Positions 18,439 through 25,535 of a stretch of 32,000 nt of DNA are shown here, piece after piece. Source of the DNA: Pirellula staleyi DSM 6068 (GTDB lineage Bacteria > Planctomycetota > Planctomycetia > Pirellulales > Pirellulaceae). The stretch's first letter is position 1, and each line of letters begins with the position of its first letter. Location of the stretch: NCBI GenBank assembly GCA_000025185.1, contig CP001848.1, forward strand, positions 1,500,001 through 1,532,000. Reading direction: 5' to 3'. The position numbers were made by a program, and so were the translations under genes. Below the pieces are notes generated by a model, which searched no databases, was not told the DNA's origin, and saw only the letters and a list, made by a program, of their open reading frames with translations.

Positions 18439-18945
18439 TTAGCGGCGGATGAAGAAGCCATCGGCTGCAATCGAGACGTTTCCCCCCTTGTCGCGCGATG
18501 CTGTCCCTTGAATCACAACCGTTTCTTGCTCTTTCACGCCGAGTAGTTCGCGAGCATCGTGCGCGATCACTTTGCCATCATCCCCTACGAACTTCACCAT
18601 GGTGGCGGCCGCCATCATCTCCTTGGCACAGTCGGCGCAATCAGCCTGGCAATGCCCCGCAGCATCGCACGAGGGAAGGATACGTGTGTCGACAATCAAA
18701 AAGGCAGCTCGACCTTCGACCCACGGATTCACACCACCACCGAGTCGACCGACCACGACAACCGGCTGGCCATCTTGGGCCGACTCTTTCACGTCGAGCA
18801 CTTCGACAGCCCCTTGGGGCTCGGCAGAGAGCTGAAACTTTGTCGCCGTCGCCGACTCGATTGACGAAGCAGAAGACCGAGCGCATCCGGTGATCATCAG
18901 GGCCATCATGGAAACCGAAGCGACGAAATAAACGAAGCAGCGCAT
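18439..18945 (-). CDS. Lipoprotein with C-x5-C-x3-C-x2-C cluster, unknown family
   Basis: 168-aa ORF with signal + lipobox (MMALMITGC). Cys cluster CDAAGHCQADCADC lies at 18628-18669. Codon third positions are GC-rich. The gene ends 67 nt upstream of permease 1 on the same strand. Confidence 0.65.
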   Translation of the reverse strand: MRCFVYFVASVSMMALMITGCARSSASSIESATATKFQLSAEPQGAVEVLDVKESAQDGQPVVVVGRLGGGVNPWVEGRAAFLIVDTRILPSCDAAGHCQADCADCAKEMMAAATMVKFVGDDGKVIAHDARELLGVKEQETVVIQGTASRDKGGNVSIAADGFFIRR

Positions 18946-18957
18946 GGAAAGTTCCTC

Positions 18958-18975
18958 TTCCTTGCAGGCAAGGAA
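18958..18975. promoter_or_regulatory. 8+8 inverted repeat TTCCTTGC-AG-GCAAGGAA abutting the lipoprotein RBS
   Basis: Arms 18958-18965 and 18968-18975 are perfect complements. On the minus strand the 3' arm runs into GCAAGGAAGAGGAA, 12 nt before the ATG (18943-18945). It could be an operator or an RBS-occluding hairpin; function is not established. Confidence 0.4.
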
Positions 18976-19107
18976 AACTAGGAGATGTGTGAAATGAAAG
19001 ATGCGAAGCGCGCACGTTACGTCGAAGGACGAGTAACTAGCGCTACTGAAATTGGCGGCGAGCAGAAGACTATGAAAGACAAGCCGCAGGGACTTGTCGG
19101 TCGCCTA

Positions 19108-19650
19108 TCAAGACGTGAATCGGCAAAGAAGTGCACAGCGTGCCAGGGCCGAAGAACCAGGGTTTGTAGGACACACTAGCGCCCAAGAGCGAGCTTGATC
19201 GGCCGCTACTAGCCGAAGCAGAAGTTCTGCGTCGGCAATGACGATTGCAGTCGGTGGATCGAGCTCGATCTTCGTCGATTCGACCGCTGCGACGCGCTGC
19301 TGATGTCGCGTAAAACAATCGCAGTCGGTGGGGCAGTGGCAAGGTGTCGCGTCGATCCAAAACTGCTTGGTTGTGTCGGCTTCAGCGATCGTTTCTCGTG
19401 CAATCAGCTCGCCCGGCACCTCGAGATTCGAAGCATCGAGCTGCTGCGGCTGATCGATGTGGTCATGGCATTCAGAGTGATTCTGTACGCAGCGAGCGTC
19501 ATCACACGAGGCATGCTGGCAGGTGGTCTCGCCAGCGGTGACGACGCAGCAATCGCAGGCACAATCGAGGGCTAGCAATGGCTGCACGGGGATCACCCCG
19601 GCTGTGAGCCAGATCACCAGCTTCGCGAGTTGTTGCCGCCACACGTACAT
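19108..19650 (-). CDS. Exported/anchored Cys- and His-rich protein (metallothionein-like motifs), unknown family
   Basis: 180-aa ORF with GC-rich third positions and an N-terminal hydrophobic segment (LAKLVIWLTAGVIPVQPLLAL). It has 15 Cys by hand count, including CACDCC, CQHASCDDARC, HSECHDH and PCHCPTDCDC. It is the first gene of the minus-strand block. Confidence 0.6.
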   Translation of the reverse strand: MYVWRQQLAKLVIWLTAGVIPVQPLLALDCACDCCVVTAGETTCQHASCDDARCVQNHSECHDHIDQPQQLDASNLEVPGELIARETIAEADTTKQFWIDATPCHCPTDCDCFTRHQQRVAAVESTKIELDPPTAIVIADAELLLRLVAADQARSWALVCPTNPGSSALARCALLCRFTS

Positions 19651-20314
19651 CCGTATCCCTTTTGAATTGCCTTTCAGCTGCCAACCCTAGTGGGGCAGTG
19701 TTATCCCTAACTTCGTCACAACGGGCGAGCCCAATTGAGCGAGAATCGTGGGAAAAGCTAGTCAATAACGGGCTGAAACTACGCTTCGTTCTCGCTTGCA
19801 AACGCCCCGTAATTGATCACGTGCACTAGATCACGAGCGGTCTCAAATGCAACTGAAGTTCTAGAGCGTCAATTGGTGATGGTGATGGTGATGCCGGTCG
19901 CGATCGCGCTGGCCAGAAAAATCTCAGGTGCCTTGCACGAAAGTGGCGCGAACCTGCGCGTGAAGGTGTTGTCTTACCGTCGACGACCCCGCGCTAGGTG
20001 AATCCTCTTACCGAGTCTCTGCTGGGGCGACGTGCCACTTCTTTCTCTCCACCGCTGACGAAAGGGAATCCCATGTTTGCAAGTATTGGTCGCCCTTCGT
20101 TACAGCGACTCCTGCCGGGCGATACGCGCCCGCTCGACTAGCCGCGACAGCTTTTGGCAATCGCTGCTTTTTTCTAGTCCTGCAATCGTCGTGCGCACAT
20201 TTCGTGGCGCTTGCGCGAATCGCGAGGACTCTTTCTACATCGGTCACGCTGCTCCCATTGAAGCGCCGCGCAGATGCGACTCGTTAGAGCGCGCATGCGT
20301 GGCGGTTAGGAAGA

Positions 20315-22858
20315 GTGCTGCGCGCCCCTGCTCTGCTGGATGAATGGATGTCACGAATCACAAGACGCGACACGCGACATGTCACGATGGCCCGCGCGCT
20401 CCATGCGCGACTTTACCTCAGCGCCGATGGGAAGCTCTTTTCGTTTCGCGGAAAAGTGCCGTATCAGGATCTAATCGCCGCACTGCTAAAGGATCGTCTG
20501 GCCAGCACGCTGGCCGAGCGTACTCCGACTCCGCAAGAGCTGGGCATTCATCCCTGCGATGGTCAGCTCTGCCCCCAGGTGCTGCACAACTTTCAAGTGG
20601 CGCTTCATCGCTGGGGCAAAGAATTGTCGGAAGAGAAACTCCGCGCTCGCGCACGCCGTCGACGCGACAGCGTGATCGCCAGCGAGCAAGTGGAAGTGAA
20701 ACTGCTCGGTGATCGTCTCACGGAGATCCGTCAGAAACTTGCAGCGCACAAGGAATTGCTCGCTACTGGGGGCTGCTACTTTCTCGACGCCGCAACCGAA
20801 GCAACTCTTGCTGCGCTCCTTGCTCAATCGCGACGCAGCTTGGCCATTCCACCTGCGGTGGCCTGGCTAGCGCGGATGGTTTTCTGGCTCTCGGGCGAAT
20901 GTGCTGCGCGACGTTTCATCCGCGCCGCTGAAGTGCTGCTGGAAACCTATCCCAAGGTTTCGCTCGCGATGCAGCTCGACGGTTTTCAGCGTGCGCTTCA
21001 GGTTTGGAGAAAACGCTCGGAGATCCAGCCCGCGCGACAGCTTCGCGACGAACTCGCTGCCCACGTGGCGCAGCTATCTCCGGAACTTGCGCGTCGTGTT
21101 CAACTCTCGGTACGTCTGCGCGGTCGCACCATGCGGCAGCACTGCGATCTGCTGCTTACGCGCTGCGCGCAGAGCGTCAAGCACGAGCAGCGACTCTATT
21201 GGCAAACCATCCCCGCGCATTTGGCGGCGCTGGTGGCTTGCGATGGAAGTGCCGTCCCCATTCCACAGCGCTGCCTCACATCGACCAAAGAACGAACGGC
21301 TCATCCGTCGCAGGTGGAAGAGTTTCGCAGCCTCGCTCATGAAATGGAGGAGCCGGGCTACGACGCGCTACTCCGAGCGATCGATGAGCTCGCCGAGCCC
21401 GCACCGCGTAGCGAGTATGGATCGTTGCGCCGACATCTTGTTGCAGGACAATCACTCGACAACATCGCTTGGCTTATTCAAAACTACGCGCTTTATCACA
21501 TCGCCAATCAAACCCTGGATATAGCGCGTGCTCGTCGTCTCGTCGACCGTTTGGAGAAATCCGGATTGAAGATTGAAGATTGGTATTTGCCACGAATCAT
21601 CAGCGCAGTATCGGACACGAGACTTCGCGCTGCGATCGAGCGCTGGGTCGATTGGCTGGCGAGCGTCTCACCGCGTAGCGTCACGCCGAAGCTGCGCTTG
21701 GTACTCGAAAAATTTTTCCGGAATCGCTACTTGCCCCTCATTGGTCAAGTTGGTTGGTTCGAAAAAGTGAGTCCTGCCTTGCTGCCGCTACAAGGCGATC
21801 CCTCTTCGAGCTCGATCACGGAACTTCTGCAGCGACTCGCCAACTATCAGCAACTGCTGGGGCATGCAGCGGAGCTGCCCAAATCGCTTCGTAAAATGGT
21901 CGATTCACACGAGCGTGAAGCGCGTGAGCGCATGCACCTGCGCGCGCAACTAGTTAGCGGATCACTCAGCACATCAGCGGCCCAGCGCTGGCAATTGCTC
22001 GAAGCCCGGTCGAGCGATCGGTCTGATACCAGTAAGCTGCGGCGCGTGGCCGAGGAAGCTTATTTGAAGCTTGGTGTCGAAACGCAGCTGACAGTGATGA
22101 AACAGCTCGCGCTCGCTCGATCGCAAGACTACCTGGGAGAGATGGCCGAGCGACTGAGCTGCGATCAACTGTGGCAATGCGTCAACTGGCTCGAGGAACT
22201 TCCGGCCGAGGAACGAACGCGACTTCGAAGGCTAGTCGCATCGCATCGCTACTTTGGTAGCAGCTACAAACAACAGCTCCCCGAGAATCAGCCGTGGATA
22301 GCAAAAGCCGCTGCAGAAGGTTTTGATCTCGTGTCGTGGTTCGCCCCGCCGTCGCACAGGCTGATGCTCGGACAACAACGCTGCGAAATTCTCATCGCTT
22401 GCGACATCGAGAAGGTTTTGCTCATGGGGGAATATTTCGACACGTGCCTCGGCTTCGGTGGTGTGAATAATCGGACGACGATCACCAATGCCTACGACGC
22501 CAACAAGCAGGTGGTATTCGTCGTGACGCGCGACAGCGAGGGGCGCGAACGCGTGCTAGCTCGCATGCTGCTGGCGATCAGCCGCGACTGGAAGCTTGTG
22601 CGTTACCGGCTCTACATGGCGGTCCCTCGCACCGAAACGGCAACTCGCACAGCGGTGTTCCACGCCGTGACGAGCTTTGCCGCGCAGATTGCGAGCGACT
22701 GTGGTTTGCCACTTGCCGACAACGGAGCCCCTGAGACGATCGGCGAGCACTTCTGGTACGACGACGGAACCATGGAGTGGCCAGCACGGGCCTATGCCGA
22801 ACTGCGCGATGCGCTCGAAGACCATGCTTCGCAGTTCAGCATGTGCGTTGGCTTGTGA
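20315..22858 (+). CDS. Large hypothetical protein (847 aa), mostly alpha-helical Leu/Arg/Ala-rich with distinct C-terminal domain
   Basis: This is the only long ORF here, and the opposite-strand ORFs are short. I recognised no signal peptide, P-loop or catalytic motif. The C-terminal segment contains LMGEYFDTCLGFGGVNNRTTITNAYDANKQVVFVVTRDSEGRERVLARMLLAI (motif 22421-22471). The start is uncertain (GTG 20315, ATG 20348 or ATG 20387). Confidence 0.75.
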   Translation: MLRAPALLDEWMSRITRRDTRHVTMARALHARLYLSADGKLFSFRGKVPYQDLIAALLKDRLASTLAERTPTPQELGIHPCDGQLCPQVLHNFQVALHRWGKELSEEKLRARARRRRDSVIASEQVEVKLLGDRLTEIRQKLAAHKELLATGGCYFLDAATEATLAALLAQSRRSLAIPPAVAWLARMVFWLSGECAARRFIRAAEVLLETYPKVSLAMQLDGFQRALQVWRKRSEIQPARQLRDELAAHVAQLSPELARRVQLSVRLRGRTMRQHCDLLLTRCAQSVKHEQRLYWQTIPAHLAALVACDGSAVPIPQRCLTSTKERTAHPSQVEEFRSLAHEMEEPGYDALLRAIDELAEPAPRSEYGSLRRHLVAGQSLDNIAWLIQNYALYHIANQTLDIARARRLVDRLEKSGLKIEDWYLPRIISAVSDTRLRAAIERWVDWLASVSPRSVTPKLRLVLEKFFRNRYLPLIGQVGWFEKVSPALLPLQGDPSSSSITELLQRLANYQQLLGHAAELPKSLRKMVDSHEREARERMHLRAQLVSGSLSTSAAQRWQLLEARSSDRSDTSKLRRVAEEAYLKLGVETQLTVMKQLALARSQDYLGEMAERLSCDQLWQCVNWLEELPAEERTRLRRLVASHRYFGSSYKQQLPENQPWIAKAAAEGFDLVSWFAPPSHRLMLGQQRCEILIACDIEKVLLMGEYFDTCLGFGGVNNRTTITNAYDANKQVVFVVTRDSEGRERVLARMLLAISRDWKLVRYRLYMAVPRTETATRTAVFHAVTSFAAQIASDCGLPLADNGAPETIGEHFWYDDGTMEWPARAYAELRDALEDHASQFSMCVGL

Positions 22859-22897
22859 GTGGCCTGCGCGTCGGTCGACCGCACGCGCGATCACTGC

Positions 22898-22927
22898 AGG
22901 CTGCTGGAACCCGGTTTCCAGCAGCCT
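22898..22927 (+). terminator. Putative terminator hairpin after the 847-aa gene
   Basis: Perfect 12-bp stem AGGCTGCTGGAA (22898-22909) / TTCCAGCAGCCT (22916-22927) with a 6-nt loop, 40 nt after the stop. It has no T-tail, so confidence is moderate. Confidence 0.5.
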
Positions 22928-23113
22928 CGAGGTCTGGTCGCTGGCGTCTCAGCATTCCGTTCGCTTCGGATTTCACTTGACTCAGCAACAGCCTCGCGGT
23001 AGTTTCATCGACGATCGTTGATCGGTTCCCCACCACCCCTACCCACCTGCCCTGCCCTCGCCTCTCGCCCGTTTGAATCTCCCCTTCCCATCCACTTCGG
23101 TAGGAGGACAGCA

Positions 23114-25477
23114 ATGTCTCCCCGAGTTGCCTTGCTGGCCATTGTGGCGATTCTGTCGCCTTTGTGCCTGTCTGTAAGGGCCGATGATACACCTTCGGTT
23201 TCTGAGCGGATCGATCAGCTCATTGAAGCCAGCGCCATCGGTCCGGTCGCTCCCACCGCTTCCGATGCCGACTTTGTGCGCCGCATCTACCTCGATTTGG
23301 TCGGAGTGATTCCCTCAGCGACGCAAACCCGAGCGTTTCTTAGCGATACTTCGCCCACCAAACGGGCCGATCTGATCGATCAGCTGCTCGAGACGCCGCA
23401 GTTCGCCCGCCACATGGCCCTGACGTTCGACGTCGTGCTGATGGAGCGCCGTCCCGATCGGGCGGTGAAGTCGGCCGAGTGGTTCGAGTACCTAAGGTCG
23501 GCTTTCGCGCAGAATCGTCCCCTCGATGCCTTGCTGCGGGAACTGATTACAGCCGATGGTGCCGACGAAGCAGCCCGCCCTGCTGCCCGGTTCTTACTCG
23601 ACCGAGAATGCGAGCCGAACTTGATCACGCGTGATGCCGGACGAGTGCTGTTTGGCATGGACCTGCAATGTGCCCAGTGTCACGACCATCCCAATGTGAA
23701 CGACTATTTGCAGGAAGACTACTACGGCCTCTATTCCTTTTTCCTCCGCACGAGCTCGTTTACCGATCCCAAAAAGAAGCAAGCTTTCACGAGTGAAAAG
23801 GCGGATGGCGAAGCGAACTTCAAATCGGTCTTCACTGGCAACTCAGCAGATCGTGTCGCCCCGCAGCTTCCTCACGGAAAGACTCTCTACAACGAGCCCA
23901 CGTTCAAGTCGGGTGAAGAGTACGTATCAATCCCGACCAAAGAGACCCGCGCGATTCCCAAACATAGCCGCCGCGCTCGGCTCGCCGAGAGTCTCACCTC
24001 GAGCTGGGAGTTTCGTCGCAATCTGGCGAATCGATTATGGGCCCACTTGATGGGGCGCGGGCTAGTGCATCCGGTCGACAGTCATCATCTCGACAATCCG
24101 CCGACGCATCCCGAGGTCTTGGAGCTCCTTGCGACCGAGATCGAAACATCGGGCTATAACCTCCAAACGATGCTCCGCACGATTGCTCTCACGCGTGCTT
24201 ATCAGCGTACCTGCGATCCTGTTGCGGAAGCGTCGGTGATGGGAACGGTGACCCCTGAACTTCTCGCTAGCCTCGAGCGCGATCGCGGAATTCTGGATGC
24301 CCAGCACAAAAGCCTCGATGAAACATTTCGCCAGGCACAGGCCGAGCGCAAACGACTCGTTGAACTGCTGGAAAAGAGTCGAGCTGAAGTCGTCGCGCTC
24401 GAGAAAAAGAAAACCGAGATTGCGGCGGATCTCGAAAAGAAAAAGGGGGCTGAAAAGCCCGCCGAAGAACTCGTCGCCAAAGTACGCGAGCAACTTCGTG
24501 CAACGACCGAAGCGGCCACGAAGGTCGCCGAAGCCGCCAAGTTGTTGGGCGAGGATAAGCCGCTGAAAGATGCCTCCGATCTGGTGACCAATCGTGCCAA
24601 ACAGATCGAGACCGATCTAGCAACCGCTGAAAAATCCCTCGCGGACAAACAAGCGGAAACCAAAGGTCTCTCTGATCAAATGGTGATGCTGCAGTCGCAG
24701 ATCGAAAGCACCCGCAACTCGCAAGTGTCGACCTCCGACCTGACAGCCGCTGAAGAAGCGATGCTTGGGCATCGTCACGAGCGCGACACGATCTACTATC
24801 GTTTGCAAGGACTCAAGAACCGACAATTGCTCGCCCAGCGCGTCGTCGATTTTCAAACCGCTACAGAGTCGGATAAGCCAGCCGAAGAGCGAGCCGCGAT
24901 CTGGAACGATCTGGTCGATCGCTGGACGATTGCTAATCAGGTGGCCCCTTTGCGCCCTCTGACGAGCGAACAGTTCACCCTGTCGCTCCTCGAAGGGACG
25001 GGGACCCTGGCTCATCGTCGTCAGCAGTTGCAAGCAGCGCTCGTAGCAAAGCCCCCTGATCGATTGCAGCAAGCACTCGAAGCTGATCGCGAGTCGATGC
25101 TGGAAACACTTGTCGACGAGCAACTATTCGAACAATCGCGAGGGAATCTCGGCGCTTTCATTCCGCTCTATGGAACTCTGGCGGGAGCCGACTTTCAGGC
25201 CACAGTCAACCAGGCTCTCTTCTTCGAGAATGGTGGGGCGGTGCAGTCTCTGCTGAATCCTGTCCCCGAGAATTTAGTAAGTCGGCTCATGCCACTCACG
25301 GAAGCGGGGCCAGTCGCTGAAGAACTTTACGTGTCGATCCTGAGCCGTTTGCCGAGCGACGACGAGCGTCACGAAGTGGCTGCCCACCTGCAAGATCGGA
25401 CCGACGATCGTCCGCAAGCACTCGGTGAACTGGTGTGGGCCCTCATGTCGACCAGCGAGTTTCGGTTCAATCACTAA
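23114..25477 (+). CDS. DUF1549 (PSCyt2) + DUF1553 (PSD1) domain protein with central coiled-coil insertion
   Basis: ATG 23114 is preceded by AGGAGGA (23103-23109), so the track start at 23018 is probably too far upstream. Signal peptide is LLAIVAILSPLCLSVRA. The DUF1549 motif is DADFVRRIYLDLVGVIPSATQTRAFL. CAQCH lies at 23669-23683. DUF1553-type segments are NRLWAHLMGRGLVHPVDSHHLDNPPTHPEVLELLA and the family-typical C-terminus LMSTSEFRFNH. Confidence 0.9.
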   Translation: MSPRVALLAIVAILSPLCLSVRADDTPSVSERIDQLIEASAIGPVAPTASDADFVRRIYLDLVGVIPSATQTRAFLSDTSPTKRADLIDQLLETPQFARHMALTFDVVLMERRPDRAVKSAEWFEYLRSAFAQNRPLDALLRELITADGADEAARPAARFLLDRECEPNLITRDAGRVLFGMDLQCAQCHDHPNVNDYLQEDYYGLYSFFLRTSSFTDPKKKQAFTSEKADGEANFKSVFTGNSADRVAPQLPHGKTLYNEPTFKSGEEYVSIPTKETRAIPKHSRRARLAESLTSSWEFRRNLANRLWAHLMGRGLVHPVDSHHLDNPPTHPEVLELLATEIETSGYNLQTMLRTIALTRAYQRTCDPVAEASVMGTVTPELLASLERDRGILDAQHKSLDETFRQAQAERKRLVELLEKSRAEVVALEKKKTEIAADLEKKKGAEKPAEELVAKVREQLRATTEAATKVAEAAKLLGEDKPLKDASDLVTNRAKQIETDLATAEKSLADKQAETKGLSDQMVMLQSQIESTRNSQVSTSDLTAAEEAMLGHRHERDTIYYRLQGLKNRQLLAQRVVDFQTATESDKPAEERAAIWNDLVDRWTIANQVAPLRPLTSEQFTLSLLEGTGTLAHRRQQLQAALVAKPPDRLQQALEADRESMLETLVDEQLFEQSRGNLGAFIPLYGTLAGADFQATVNQALFFENGGAVQSLLNPVPENLVSRLMPLTEAGPVAEELYVSILSRLPSDDERHEVAAHLQDRTDDRPQALGELVWALMSTSEFRFNH

Positions 25478-25535
25478 ATGCTCGGCCCAGTACAGCGGTC
25501 CGAATTTTTTAAGTCACCTCACGGAGAATCGACCG

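Noticed and set aside
18628-18669. CxxxCxxC inside the lipoprotein resembles the radical-SAM [4Fe-4S] motif.
   Set aside because: The protein is a 168-aa exported lipoprotein. It has no TIM-barrel-sized domain and no SAM-binding GGE-type motif. The pattern match is coincidental. I kept it as a generic Cys cluster.
19875-19893. (GGTGAT)x3 microsatellite whose reverse complement encodes His6 (DRDRHHHHHHQLTL*).
   Set aside because: The minus-strand frame is closed by a TGA ~20 codons upstream with no start codon. The plus-strand 62-aa ORF (19813-20001) has no coding character. I treat it as a trivial intergenic tandem repeat.
20008-20343. Small ORFs 20008-20247(-) and 20077-20343(+) in the 665-bp divergent spacer.
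   Set aside because: They use codons that look rare for this window (AGA, AGG, ACT, AAA runs). They overlap each other and show no motifs.
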